Notes: a model not told the origin generated them from the letters alone. A DNA stretch of 64,000 bases from Octopus sinensis (GCF_006345805.1 NC_043001.1:125426001-125490000); one strand, 5' to 3'. Shown: positions 1 to 13,269, numbered from the stretch's first letter. Numbers and translations are program-made.

Positions 1-283
1 TACAGGCTTGTCCGTTCAGGTGCCAGTGCCACTTAAAAAAACACCTGTGTCAGTGGTGCACTAATGCATCCATGTTGGTGCTGTGTAAACAAACCTATGC
101 CGGTGGTATGTAAAAAACACCTAGTACACTCTGTTAAGTGGTTGGCATTAGGAAGGGCATCTAACTGTAGAAACCATGCCACAACAGACAATTGGAGTCT
201 GGACAGGTTTGCTAACCAGCTCCATTCAAACCATTCAACCCATGCCAACATGGAAAGCAGAATTAAATGATGATGATGATGAT
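1..283 (+). mobile_element. Family A non-autonomous retro-repeat, 3' part with (GAT)n tail, runs off window start
   Basis: ggttggcattaggaagggcatc...ccaacatggaaag..aaatgatgatgat matches >15 other copies in the window. Orientation inferred from the invariant (GAT)n end. Confidence 0.75.
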
Positions 284-394
284 TTCTGGTTGTTTGGATC
301 TCTGCATTGGTTGAACCAAGTGCAATTGGCTGCCTAACCACTCATCGGAGGAGACACATTATTGCATTATGATACAGAGAACTAATGTCTAGAC

Positions 395-594
395 CAGTGG
401 TTTTCAACCAGGGTTCCACGGAACCTTAGGGTTCCGCCAGTACAGTCCAGGGGTTCCGCAAGAAGTTACAAAACTGCTAAAATCGGCAGTAATTTTTAAT
501 TATCCTGTGCAGATATGTGTGCATAAGACTATTAAATTATTGCACAGAATGTTTCCTTGGGGTTCCGCTCAAGCAAAAAGTTTGAAAACCACTG
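395..594. mobile_element. hAT (Charlie-like) MITE, 200 bp
   Basis: TIRs cagtggttttcaa / ttgaaaaccactg; perfect 8-bp TSD gtctagac at 387-394 and 595-602. Confidence 0.9.
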
Positions 595-952
595 GTCTAG
601 ACATTAGCACTTGAGACATCCAATGCAGAGTTTCAAACAACCACAATGTTGAAACGTACATAGGAAAAAATTATATAAACTTGTGTTTATCATAATATCT
701 CTTATATCTGTTCTATGTTGTTCTATTATCTAATGTCTTGTATAATAATGATTTATGTATGTTCACACTTTTTGCTTTATAAATAGATAGCAATACATTA
801 CCCTATATCTTTGTATCAAGTACCACACACTTTTATTGTTTTTTTATGTTATATATATTATTAAGCTTGATACAATTTATGTGTATGCACGGGTATGTAA
901 ATAGATAGATAGTTAATCTATTTACACACACGCATTGTAACAAGATTGATAA

Positions 953-975
953 TATATATATATATATATATATAT

Positions 976-1072
<97 letters not shown>

Positions 1073-1090
1073 TAGATAGATAGATAGATA
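953..1090. repeat. Compound (TA)n/(TAGA)n microsatellite
   Basis: Direct reading; explains ORF 833-1135. Confidence 0.95.
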
Positions 1091-2081
1091 GACTGACATA
1101 CTTATATGCATATACTTATACATATACATGTACAAATAAATTCACATCAAGATAGGCAACAAATTTTTATCTTTCATATGTTTTAATTGGTTTTTAACTA
1201 AAATAGATCGTAAACTAATTTCTATATATTGTTTTTTTCTTTTTCATTCCCCAACTTCTAATAATCTTTGATTTCATAATTAGTTTTTATTCATAATATT
1301 CCAATATCTTGCATAATGGATTCTCCTTGCCTTTTGATTTTTAACTGACGTAAGCAGATAAAAAAAAAATGTAAACTACCACATTATCTTTTTTTTCCCT
1401 GTCTATAGCCCTTTTAAGCTGGTGATGAGCTGTATATGCATTGTGTAAATTAAGTACCTAAAACTGGCAAGTCTGTTTTAGACAAAATGCGATTAGTTTT
1501 ATGATAAAAATAGGTTTTGTGCATTTAATAATATCCAACTGCGAATATGAATAAAGATAGTTTTTAAAAATGCATTAGGTTTTCTGTGGAGTACCAAATA
1601 TATGCTGAGACTTGCCAGTTGCTATTTGAATGTAAATATGATTTTTATAAATATATTTATTATTATTATTATTTGATGAGAGGATGCAGAGGTGTTTCAT
1701 CTTGGCAAGTTGGCTTTTATTCAACATTCAGGACTATCTGGAAATAAATTTGGTCTAAACAGCAAGACTTAATCAGTTGTTCGATTCAAGACAACCACCT
1801 GCCTTGCAGATAGATAGCTTTAGCAGAATCAACTACTGTTGAAAGGATTCAAACCAAGTCTCCTGTCAGAAGATAACTTCTTCTTCCCCCCCCCTCCCCA
1901 CCAATCTCAGAAACCCTGAGAGGGGTCATAGAAAGAAAACAAGCACATTACATCTGATTCCCCATTTATCCTGTTCTTCTCTCAGATTATTTGTGCTCAA
2001 CATTTTATATTTATCAACATTATAAATCCATCAGAGTACACTTGCTTCATTTCTTTCCAACTATACCCATCCTCTTCATTC

Positions 2082-2471
2082 GGAGGCACAATGGCCCAGT
2101 GGTTAGGGCAGCGGACTCGCGGTCGTAGTATCGCGGTTTCGATTCCCAGACCGGGCGTTGTGAGTGTTTATTGAGCAAAAACACCTAAAAGCTCCACAAG
2201 GCTCCGGCAGGGGATGGTGGTGATCCCTGCTGTACTCTTTCACCACAACTTTCTCTCACTCTTACTTCCTGTTTCTGTTGTACCTGTATTTCAAAGGGCC
2301 GGCCTTGTCACTCTCCGTGTCACGCTGAATATCCCCGAGAACTACGTTAAGGGTACATGTGTCTGTGGAGTGCTCAGCCACTTACACGTTAATTTCACGA
2401 GCAGGCTGTTCCCGTTGATTCGGATCAACCGGAACCCTCGTCGTCGTAACCGACGGAGTGCTTCCATCCAT
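2082..2471 (+). mobile_element. tRNA-head SINE, family D, full length
   Basis: Pol III A box TGGCCCAGTGG and B box GGTTTCGATTCC; 14-bp TSD catcctcttcattc (2068-2081, 2472-2485); near-identical to the copy at 30089. Confidence 0.9.
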
Positions 2472-2909
2472 CATCCTCTTCATTCAGTCCCCACATTTCT
2501 CTACTATGCTTCATTGCACTTCATACACATTTATCATACAATCAACTCTTCAGAGAGAGAATACTTTTGTTGCAAGTTGTAACAATAGCTCTGAGCTTTT
2601 TCCACCTCTTTCTTACTCTAGTTAACATGCTTTCAGGACACATTTATTCACTTCTAACTCAGTCACATGGCTCATTATTTCATGAGGTGGATTTAGTGAA
2701 AAACTCCTGAGGTTCTTCAAAAGTCTCTCAAAATTTAATATTAGTAACTCACTTTTATAAAAAAACAAATAATGTACTCACCTCACTGTGCGACACCATG
2801 GCCTAACAGCTTCTATTATAACCTCAGGTTGCTATATATACATCATCCTCTTCCTTCTCCTCCTCCTCCTCCTCATCATCATCATCATCATTATCATCAT
2901 TTAATGTCT

Positions 2910-3035
2910 GCAGTTTTGTAACTTCTTGCGGAACCCCTGGACTCTACTGGCGGAACCCTAAGGTTCCGCGGAATCCTGGTTGAAAACCACTGGTCTAGAC
3001 ATTAGTTCTCTGTATCATAATGCAATAATGTGTCT
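2910..3035 (-). repeat. Inverted duplicate of 352-477 (MITE left end plus outer flank)
   Basis: Reverse complement of 352-477 with 3 mismatches in 126 bp. Confidence 0.9.
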
Positions 3036-3052
3036 GGCATGATATATATATT

Positions 3053-3083
<31 letters not shown>

Positions 3084-4058
3084 GAGTCTTTTTTGTCTTG
3101 ATATCATGCACTAATTGTAAACAAACTTACTGAAATTGGAGTAGCAGGTGTTGCCCATAAAAGGGGAAGTATTATCTAACTTGGAAACAAGGGATGCATC
3201 TGGTTATACAAAATCTTTGCTGTTTCCTGAGACTAAACAACAGTAACATTTGTCCCAACAAGGACTGCCACATTATGTTTGCAAATAATCTTTACACACA
3301 CACACACACATATATATATAAGTAAATTCTCTGTCTAAAACAGCTTTTGTTTCTTTAATGTCTTACTGAAATTAGAGTTGCAGCAGTTGTCCATAAAATA
3401 TTGACCCTGCTTCCATAATATTTGAAACGCCACACAAAGGTTCTATGACAAAATGAATGAGGGAGCCACTTGCCTAGGTAATGGAAATTAATCAACATCT
3501 TGAAGGGAGACTTTGAGTATTTAAAATGCAGCCAAATTGCCCTTATGCAACACCTTGCAATCCTCAAAAAATGAGAATGTTAGGTAATGTAGTCTGAGGT
3601 ACATATGTCCAAGAAAAATAAATAGGATGGTCATAGCTGTAATGCCTTCAATGATAAGCTTCTCAATCAAGCTTGATTTGGGGATCTGTCATATCTACAA
3701 GATTCTAATTTATAACACCTTTTATCTCTTATATCATTGTCATCGACACCAGCTTTACATCAAGTTCTTGTTGTTGTATCATCTTATTCTTGAAACCTGA
3801 CATCCAATTATCTACTGTAATTATTTTTCCATGATGTAATTTTTCTTTTGATTAGTCATGTACCTGCTTTAATAACGTTTGATTTTTTTTTCTCTTCCAA
3901 CATACAGCATTCATTGACTATCCTCTAGAAAATGTCTATCATATATATATATATATGTATATATGTGTCTGTGTGTATGTCTGAATATATATATATGGGC
4001 ACACACACACACACACACATATATATGGACATATATATTTATATATATATATATATAT

Positions 4059-4060
<2 letters not shown>

Positions 4061-4090
<30 letters not shown>

Positions 4091-4470
4091 TGTTTAATGT
4101 CCGTTTTCTGCGCTAGCATGGGTTGGACGGTTCAACCGGGGTCTGGGAAGCCAGGAGGCTGCACCAGGCTCCAGTCTGATCTGGTAGTGTTTCTACAGCT
4201 GGATGCCCTTCCTAACGCCAACCCTTCCGCGAGTGTAGTGGGTGCTTTTTACGTGCCACCAGCACAGGTGCCAGGGGAGTCTGGCATCGGCCACGATCGG
4301 TTGGTGCTTTTAACGTGCCACTGGCACGGAAGCCAGTCAACGCGGCGCTGGCATCAGCCACGTTCGGATGGTGCTTTTTACATGCCACCGGCACAGAAGC
4401 CAGTCGAGGTGGCGCTGGCATTGGCCACGTTCAGATGGTGCTTTTTATGTGCCACTGACACAGGTATCAC
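4061..4470 (-). mobile_element. Family A repeat with about 4 internal hairpin units
   Basis: (CAT)n, conserved body ctggatgcccttcctaacgccaacc, then repeated gtgcttttacgtgccaccggcac units. Confidence 0.85.
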
Positions 4471-4474
4471 AACT

Positions 4475-4511
<37 letters not shown>

Positions 4512-5518
4512 GGACATATACATATGTGCATAAATGTGAGCATGTTTGTGTTTCATTTGTCATATGATTGCATGATAGTTGTAAATAAATGACACTGTCA
4601 TACAAACAGTGTCATTCACTTTTAGTCTTCTGCAGAAAACATGACTGGCCATGAAGAAATATTACCTTAAGAATCGTTAGGACACCAGGCAAATTACTTA
4701 GATGTGTTTTGTCATTTTTTAATGTTTTGAGTCAACTTTACTTTTCGTCCTTTATGGACCAATAAAATAGATACCAGTTGATTACTGGGGAGAAGGGGAG
4801 TGTTGTCGATGTAATCAACTTATATCATCCCCTGAAATTGCTGGCCTTGTGCCAAAAATAGAAACCAATATTACCTTGCTTAGAAACAGGTTAGAGTTGG
4901 CAACAGAAAGGACATCAAGCTGTAGAATTTCTGCCCCGAGTAAACACTGTCCAAGCCATGCTAGCATGAAAAAGTGGACATTAAATGATGATGATGCGGG
5001 TTGGGGGTGATGGTGAGGATGATGAATATCTCTAGAACAGCAGTACCAAACAAATTATTAAGCCTACAAGTGCCTCAAGGACTCCAACATTGAAATGAAT
5101 TTCTTTTAAAATAGTTCTCAAGAACCATATACCACATCTTTTTTCAGTTTGTTCACCAGACTGTTAAAAATAGAGAAGGATGTATTGAAATCATTTCGTA
5201 CATTCAAAATATGCAGTGTTTTTCCCTGGAGGCAATAAACTAGAAGAAATATTGTAAGACAAGAGCTAAATAAATACCTTATGATAGAGTGTAAATCATA
5301 TAGTATAAACTTTGATTTTCATTGCTTTGAAGTCAGTCAAGTTAAAACCAGTAATTTGTTGTAGTTAATTAGGTAATATTTCCCCTTAACTAGACACAGA
5401 AGGTTGGAAACACCACTTGTGTGAGGGTAGCACTTGTTTACATCAATCACGCGATGTCGAGGCAAGGAAATAGTAATACACACACACACATACACACTCA
5501 TACATGCATATATATATA

Positions 5519-5567
<49 letters not shown>

Positions 5568-5570
5568 ATT

Positions 5571-5967
5571 CTTTTACTCTTTTACTTGTTTCAGTCATTT
5601 GACTGTGGCCATGCTGGAGCACCGCCTTCTAGTCGAGTAAATCAACCCCGGGACTTATTCTTTGTAAGCTTAGTACTTATTCTATCAGTCTCTTTTGCTG
5701 AACCGCTAAGTTACGGGACGTAAACACACCACCATCGGTTGTCAAGCAATGGTGGGGGGACAAACACAGACACACAAACATATACATACATATATATATA
5801 TATATATACGACGGGCTTCTTCCAGTTTCCGTCTACCAAATCCACTCACAAGGTTTTGGTCGGTTCAAGGCTATAGTAGAAGACACCTGCCCAAGGTGCC
5901 ACGCAGTGGGAATGAACCCGGAACCATGTAGTTGGTAAGCAAGCTACTTACCACACAGCCACTCCTA
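5571..5967 (-). mobile_element. tRNA-head SINE, family C (internal TA/CA microsatellite)
   Basis: Reverse complement of the family C copies at 49881 and 52040. Confidence 0.9.
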
Positions 5968-5989
5968 TATATTCTTTAATTCTTTTTTT

Positions 5990-6296
5990 ATTCACACAAG
6001 CAAGAGAACCAAGTCGTAGCTGTCAGACAATTTCTGCGACCACATCACCCCTAGCATCTGACCACCTAACTCCCCAGACTGCAACCCCCTTGATTATTAT
6101 GTGTGGGGTGCAGGAGATTCCGAAGTTGTCAGGAAGCCATGGTTGAAGCAAATGGTGATTTTATTGAATGAATTTACGTTTTAGTATTTCAAGATATTTT
6201 CATGTAATTTTGGTAAATATATCTGTTAAAATGAGATGTCAGTGTTATTTTAATTTCTGTGTAATTTAGATGGCTATTCCTTCACTGCACCCTGTA
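5990..6296 (+). pseudogene. Internally deleted mariner/maT-like (DDxD) transposase 3' end with right terminus
   Basis: Translates DNFCDHITPSI*PPNSPDCNPLDYYVWGA (6026-6112), joined to FRSCQEAMVEANGDFIE* (stop 6169-6171); ends gcaccctg+TA. Confidence 0.8.
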
Positions 6297-7108
6297 TGTG
6301 TGTGTGTGTGTGTGTTTGTGTGTATCATTCAATTTGGTGTGGATGTGTAATATCAAATAATTCAATCGCAACATATATTTAAATTAAGCATGAAAAAATT
6401 GAAATATTATCATCACTTACATAGAAAAATTGAAATATTATCCTTCAGTATTCTGTAAGTTAAAATCTTAAATTATTAATTGACACATTATTAATTATCT
6501 TATAATAGCAATGCCTGGAAAAATCACGAATTGCATAGAAAAATGCGAGCATGGAAAGTAATATTATGAAGATTATAAATCTGGAAAAGTACAGGGCAAG
6601 TTATTACACCTGGAAAAGTATAGGACAAGTTATTCTCTCTATCCACTCAGTTGAAGTCGACTCTCGGTCACTCGGATCAGTGTCCTCCAGTCAGTTCTAT
6701 CCTGGGCGCTTCTTTAAGATTGGTCATGTCCATTCCGGTATCACTCTAGTAAAGTAAAGAATAAGAAACTTTTTACTTAAAATATTGCAGCTAAAATTAA
6801 AATTTGAATATTAAAACTTATTTTATTATAGTTTACAAATAACACTACCTTATTTAAGTAGAATTTAGCTAATTTACTACAGAAAAAAGTGACTAATTAG
6901 ACAAACTTATAAGTTACCTGAACTGTTTTAAAAGATGAGAACTGTAAGGAGGGATAAATTAGAAGAACTGGCATTCTTTGCTGGAATATTTTAAGTAAAA
7001 AGTTTTGTATTCTTTACTTTACTAGAAGTAATAGCTTGTCCTTTACTTTTCCAAGTTTATAATCTTAAGAATATTACTTTTCATGCTCGCATTTTTCCAC
7101 GTAATATG

Positions 7109-7139
<31 letters not shown>

Positions 7140-7140
7140 G

Positions 7141-7892
7141 TCTGGCCCCGTGCCGGTGACACGTAAAAGCACCATCCGCTCATGTTCGTTGCCAGCCTCG
7201 GCTGGCCCCCGTGCCGGTGACACGTAAAAGCACCGTCCGTTCATGGCCGTTTGCCAGCTCTGTCTGGCCCCGTGTCAGTGGCACGTAAAAGCACCATCCG
7301 TTCGTGTTCATTGCCAGCCTCGGCTGGCCCCCGTGCCAGTGACACGTAAAAGCACCGTCCGTTCGTGGCCGTTTGCCAGCTCTGTCTGGCCCCATGTCGG
7401 TGGCACGTAAAAGCACCATCCGCTCGTGTTCGTTGCCAGCCTCGGCTGGCCCCCGTGCCGGTGACACATAAAAGCACCGTCCGTTCGTGGCCGTTTGCCA
7501 GCACTGTCTGGCCCCGTGTCGGTGGCACGTAAAAGCACCATCCGCTCGTGTTCGTTGCCAGCCTCGGCTGGCCCCCGTGCCGGTGACACATAAAAGCACC
7601 GTCCGTTCGTGGCCGTTTGCCAGCACTGTCTGGCCCTGTGTCGGTGACACGTAAAAGCACCATCCGTTCGTGGCCGTTGTGCCAGCTCTGTCTGGCACCT
7701 GTGCAGGTGGCACGTAAAAAACACCCACTACACTCGCGGAGTGATTGGCGTTAGGAAGGGCATCCAGCCGTAGAAATACTGCCAAATCTGACTGGGCCTG
7801 ATGAAGCCTTCCGGCTTCACAGACCCCAGTTAAACCGTCCAACCCATGCTAGCATGGAAAACGGACGCTAAATGATGATGATGATGATGATG
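7141..7892 (+). mobile_element. Family A repeat with about 9.5 x 61-bp tandem array (122-bp dimer period)
   Basis: tctggcccc recurs at 7141, 7263, 7385, 7507, 7629; body and (GAT)n tail follow. Confidence 0.9.
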
Positions 7893-8013
7893 ATATATAT
7901 ATATAATCATGTATATATCATGTATGTATGTATGTATATATATATATATCGTGTGTGTGTAACAACTACTTTTGCAAACATGCTATATTGAAAATTCATC
8001 TACGTTCAATTGG

Positions 8014-8051
<38 letters not shown>

Positions 8052-8053
8052 TC

Positions 8054-8088
<35 letters not shown>

Positions 8089-8329
8089 ATCTATGTATCT
8101 ATCTATCTCTATCTCTCTCTTCCAAGAGTAGCTCTGGTATCTCCTCTATAGCATAACACCTGTTCCTGTCTCTTTATTGTACTTTAACCGCTCATCACCT
8201 GGTATAAAGCCCCCTCCCTCAGTACCAGTCCCTATCTTAGTTGAGGGGTCTTAGCCCTTGGTAGGTTGTCATGCTAGCCATAGGACATGTTGATCTAGCT
8301 GTGTTGCTAAAGATATGGGTCGATAGCTG

Positions 8330-8720
8330 CCAGGTGGCCTACAAGGTTGTTGTACTCACAATTGTACTCACAATTTTGCTCCAGAAAGCAATGGTCCCAG
8401 GTACCATCCAAAAGACAAATAAATGTCTTTGATAGCTTTCATTTGCAATGACAGTGTCCTAACTGTAGCCTTTCCTGGTATGACAAAGTTAGAAACAACA
8501 GTGCTGTGCAAACTAGGTGGAATCAAAATTCTTTTACTCAAAGCATAGACCAGTTGATTTAGTCATATTGGTGATGGAGTTGAAAATGTCCAAACATGAT
8601 CTGTAATACTGTGTGTCCTGCACTTAGAGGACAGGCCTTTGTTTCACTTAAGGGACTGACTGAAAATTTGCTTTGCCACTGTGTATTTTTGGATTCAAAC
8701 CAGCTGCATGTGCATTAGAC
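8330..8720 (+). pseudogene. Decayed RTE-clade LINE RT C-terminal fragment
   Basis: Frameshifted translation QVAYKVVVLTILL..QWS..KRQINVFDSFHLQ*..SWYDKVRN..*FSHI resembles RTE KVYxAVVLTTLLY..W..LNSFHLRC..SWQDKV..WFGHI. Confidence 0.55.
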
Positions 8721-9069
8721 ATGTACCTTTTTATCTTAGCCTCAGGCTGACTTTGGCCATCTAAGTGAAATTTGGTAGATGGAAACTAGAAATCTGTTGG
8801 AAGGATCATTCTTGATCTTAGTTGATAGGTGTAATCCATAACCCAGTTTAACATCATTACCTAGCTCTTAAGTGTCTTTTGAAGAGTCCACTTTTTTTCA
8901 AATACAGTCAAGCTAGCCTCCAGTCTGCCTTGGAAATCCTGAAAAGAATCATGGGTGCTATTGTTTTACCTGTAAGTGATTAAAATATTTCAAACAGATC
9001 TATGGTGTCAATATTGCATATGGTTTATACATCGTTTTATCAAAATCCAGGGCTGACCTAGAACTATAT

Positions 9070-9401
9070 CTAAAGACTAAAGACTCCGCCGGTTACGACG
9101 ACGAGGGTCCCAGCTGATACGATCAACGGAACAGCTTGCTCGTGAAATTAACGTGCAAATGGCTGAGCATTCCACAGACACGTGTACCCTTAACGTAGTT
9201 CTCGGGGATAATCAGCGTGACACAGAGAGTGACAAGGCTGACCCTTTGAAATACAAGTACAACTCATTTTTGCCAGCTGAGTGGACTGGAGCAACGTGAA
9301 ATAAAGTGTCTTGCTCAAGGACACAACGCGTCGCCGGGAATCGAACTCACAACCTTACGATCATGAGCCGAATGCCCTAACCACTAAGCCACGCGCCCTC
9401 A
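9070..9401 (-). mobile_element. tRNA-head SINE, family E (shares 3' half with family D)
   Basis: A/B boxes; 12-bp TSD ctagaactatat (9058-9069, 9402-9413); short tandem tail. Confidence 0.9.
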
Positions 9402-10191
9402 CTAGAACTATATATGTCACTGTGGTTGTAGCCATTGTAGACTATAGTTCTGACAAGACTAGTTCACACTTAACAACAAACTACTTTAAAATCATGGACT
9501 ACATACACTGATACAGACCCAAAAGACAAATTCAGCAATGAGATATCACATATGAAGAGTTCATATCTTCTTAAGTTTTTCTTGGTCCATATTTTGTAAA
9601 TAATTCTTTGTAATTTTGATACAAGGCCAGCAATTTCAAGAGAAGGGGCCAAGTTGATTACCTGTGACCAGTATTTCTATGGTACTTTATTTTATCAACT
9701 CCAAAAGTGTGGAAGGCAAAGTCGACCTTGGTAGCATTTACTGAATGTAAGAACAGATGAAATGTCACTAAGCATTTATCCCAGTGTGCTAACAACTCTC
9801 CCAGCTAAGCTCACTGCCTTACATATTGCGTTAAAGGAACTTTTTGATCATTGTGTATTCCAGAGTTGATAATACCTGGGGTTTACTACACAGCACAGGA
9901 ATACTGTTTTGTTTGTTAGGCTTTACGTTCTCTTCTACCCTTAAGCACAAACTGCATTGAAAAAAAATCATTCTTTCTTGCTTGAAGAAAACTGAAAGAC
10001 GACCAATTTCTGTCAGTTGCATTGCCTCCAGTCCTTGACTGGTGTAACATGATGGTTGTTGAATGGAACCCCAAAAGGATGGAGGGCAAAGTCAGCTTTG
10101 ACAAGATTTGAGCACAGACAATTAAGAGCCAGAACTAAATACTGCAAGGCATCTTTGTCCAACACAATAATGGTTTCACCCACCTGAAGTC

Positions 10192-10232
<41 letters not shown>

Positions 10233-11244
10233 CAAAGTTAATGAAAAACACAAATATAAAAATAACCTTTTTTTGTTTTATTGTTGCTTGGCTTGGATTT
10301 GATTTTCACAGATGCAACAGTAATGCTGGTGGTTGTGCTGGATAAATTGGCTTCTTTATTTTTTTTTTATTTGCATGGTTTGTTTTAAAATTTCCACTTA
10401 ATCTAGTGGAGACATAGTAATGTTGCCAAGAACATTTGCAGAAATTCTTATAAAGCTTCATTTGAGAAGTCATAACTTAATCTGCTTTAGTCTCATTTTC
10501 CCTCCCTTTCTTTTTTCTTTTTCTACAGAATTACAACATCTATAATCATTTTGTCCTTGTAATATTACTAAAGATAGTAAAAGATTATCTACGCTAAAAC
10601 ATATTTCTTAAAATGCATTTTCCATTCTTTCTTTCTTTATTTTTTTCTATTTTTAATTTTTTTCTCATATTTATTCAGTATATTTCATATACTTTCTTCA
10701 TTCATTTATACACAAACACAGACACACACATGCATGCACACACAAACACCCACCCATGCACACACACACACACAGAGACACACACACACACACCCATGCA
10801 CACACACACACACAAACACACACACACTCACCCACGCACACACACAAACACACATACACACAAACACATACACACAAATATTTATGGTGGGGAATACTGT
10901 TACCTAATGCAATAGATTTTTGTTTCATTTCTAAGGTTGATCTCTTAATGTATGGATAAAATTTACATGCATGTGCATATCTAACTCCATATACAGTATA
11001 TACACATGAAGTGCATGATATGTGTGCGTTTGTGTGTGTGTGTGTACATGTGAGTACACGTACATGTGTGAGAGAGAGATGTAAAAAGTGTGTCCATTTT
11101 TATCATTTTTACTTAGGTTTTTCAACACTTTGTATGGGTTGAACACTTCTTCTCTAGCACAGAATCGCATCACTTGTCACAATCCTTTGTTATCTCCTAC
11201 ATGAAGTTGAACCTCTTGAGGTCAGTTTTCACCACTCCTTCTCA

Positions 11245-11465
11245 ACTGTGGCTTAGTGGTTAGGATGTTGGACTCCTGATCATGAGATTGTGGTTTCAAT
11301 TCCTGGACCGGGCAACATGTTGTGTTCTTGATCGAAACACTTCATTTTACATTGCTCTAGTCCACTTAGCTGGCAAAAATTGAGTAATCCTGCAACGGAC
11401 TGGTATCCCATCCAGGTAGAGAATATATACACCATGGAAACCAGGTAACCGGCTCCTAAGAGTTG
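11245..11465 (+). mobile_element. tRNA-head SINE, family E-like head with a different 3' end
   Basis: gtggcttagtggttagg...ggtttcaattcc...gctccagtccacttagctggcaaaaa. Confidence 0.65.
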
Positions 11466-11699
11466 GTATGACTCAAGCAGGAAAATTTACCTTTACTTTT
11501 TCCCTACTCCTTCTCTGCTCTTTCTCAGTCTTTCTCTTCCACAAATTATTTTCACCTGTATTGCATGGCATTTTTCTGCCTAGCCATCACCCTCCTCATG
11601 TATCAGATACCCATATAAACATAGTCTCTTCTCCTGCACACTACATCCAAATTCCTCTTGTACTCAGTTTTTTTCTTCTTAGCTCTGTAAGGTGGTTGG

Positions 11700-11900
11700 T
11701 GTTAAGAAGAGCATCTTTCAAAACTTTCATGCTTCCTGGAATTTGCCAACAGTACGCTTAATGCCACCTCCATACTTTTTCTTTTTTAAACTTTTTTTAC
11801 TGTTCACTTCCTGTGCATGTTCTATGTACTTTCCATGAAGCTTTGATTACTTTTGCTGATGAGTTGTAGTGCACCTGAGCCCTGTATACAATAAGTTCCC
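11700..11900 (+). mobile_element. 3' fragment of the CR1/L2-like LINE at 24545
   Basis: ASFKTFMLPGICQQYA and the 3'UTR motif gtgcacctgagc.ctgtatac match 24830-25000. Confidence 0.55.
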
Positions 11901-12029
11901 TGTATAAAACCCATACCAAAACAGACAGTGAAGCCTGATGCAGTCTTCTGCCTAACTAGTTCCTATCAAACCATTTAACCCATGCCAGCATGGAAAGTGG
12001 ACGTTAAATAATAATGATAGTGATTATGG

Positions 12030-12082
12030 TGATGATGATGATGATGACGATGATGAAGACTATTATGGTTATTGCTATTATT

Positions 12083-12168
<86 letters not shown>
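12030..12168. repeat. Compound (GAT)/(CAT)/(TAT) microsatellite
   Basis: Direct reading; explains the poly-I/M/S ORFs. Confidence 0.95.
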
Positions 12169-12170
<2 letters not shown>

Positions 12171-12335
12171 GTTTGGCTTTTGATTTACATTTGTACAAGT
12201 TGGCTCCAAGTTTCACCCAGAGATCTTAAGAGACAACAAGTTAGAAGTTCATGTTGGTGTTATGACTAGGGTGCCATATATTTGGTTTTGTACATTGTGT
12301 TGCTTTAGAGAATGTTTAAGAAACCATAACAAAAA

Positions 12336-12480
12336 TTATGTTCCATGGGTTCGCAAATGAGATTTGAACCCAGCTAAAGAAAGGCATGGTCTGTCACAAA
12401 CTGTGCACGCAAAAGGGTCATTGTCATTCCCCTTCTTGATTGTAGCATTCATCCTTAGATTTCTTTTGATATGCATACAT
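12336..12480 (-). pseudogene. RTE LINE ORF C-terminus (zinc-finger-like end)
   Basis: KRNLR..FACTVCDRPCLSLAGFKSHLRTH* fits the RTE terminal CxxCxRxCxSxxGLxSHxRxH motif. Confidence 0.7.
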
Positions 12481-13269
12481 GCATGCACACACACACACAC
12501 ACACATACATACACACACACCACACATACATATCCGATAGTCTGATCAATACATGATATAGTGTTATATGCATAGATGCATACATACACACACATGCACA
12601 CACACAGAGTTTCCAAGTACCAAATTTTTTCATAATGTATTGATTGGCCCAAGGCTATTGGAGAGGGTACTTGCCCGAGGTACCCCACAGTGGGACTTGA
12701 TCACGCATCCAAGTTCATTTCATTGCTTTCCCACACCCTCACTACCTTTGCATTCAATGCCAATGATTCACTACCATACAACACTGCACTTCATGCACAA
12801 ACATCATGTAAATCTGTCCTTTACATGGAGAGAGAATCTTTCCCTTGATAGCAGAGGTGATTCTTTAAACTTTTACAGCCTCATGTCTTGCTTTAGCTGA
12901 ATGTTTCTCAAGATGGGACATACACCTCCTACTAGTGGAGTTTAGCAATATTTCGGTAGGGTTTTGGTTATTTCAGAATTGGATGTAAATGAAAACTGAA
13001 TGAAATTTGCTAGTAAGTTTTGATTAAACCTTCTTTTGAATAAACTAGAGATGCAGCTCACATTTGTCTATGATCAGGTCACAGTTTTAAGCAATGAAAA
13101 TTTTGGCACCATACTGCAAGTAATAAATATTTAAGTGGAGATGATGGTCTTTGTGTGTTTCTGAACAGCTAACTTGTGTCTTCCAATTGTTTTAGCTTCA
13201 ATACACAACCTGAAATCAAAACACTCACCATACAAGTATGTTTCTGTAATTCTATTGAATATATATATG

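Noticed and set aside
2082-2155. tRNA genes at SINE heads (families B-E)
   Set aside because: A/B boxes are present, but there is no acceptor-stem closure, and they continue into SINE bodies with TSDs.
7141-7722. CRISPR-like array (also 35908-36290 and 4240-4470)
   Set aside because: No unique spacers; units are two recurring variants inside a eukaryotic repeat; no cas genes.
7797-7830. CTGATGA-agcc-ttcc-ggct in family A as a hammerhead
   Set aside because: The hairpin is followed by TCAC, not GAAA, and there is no stem III or stem I.
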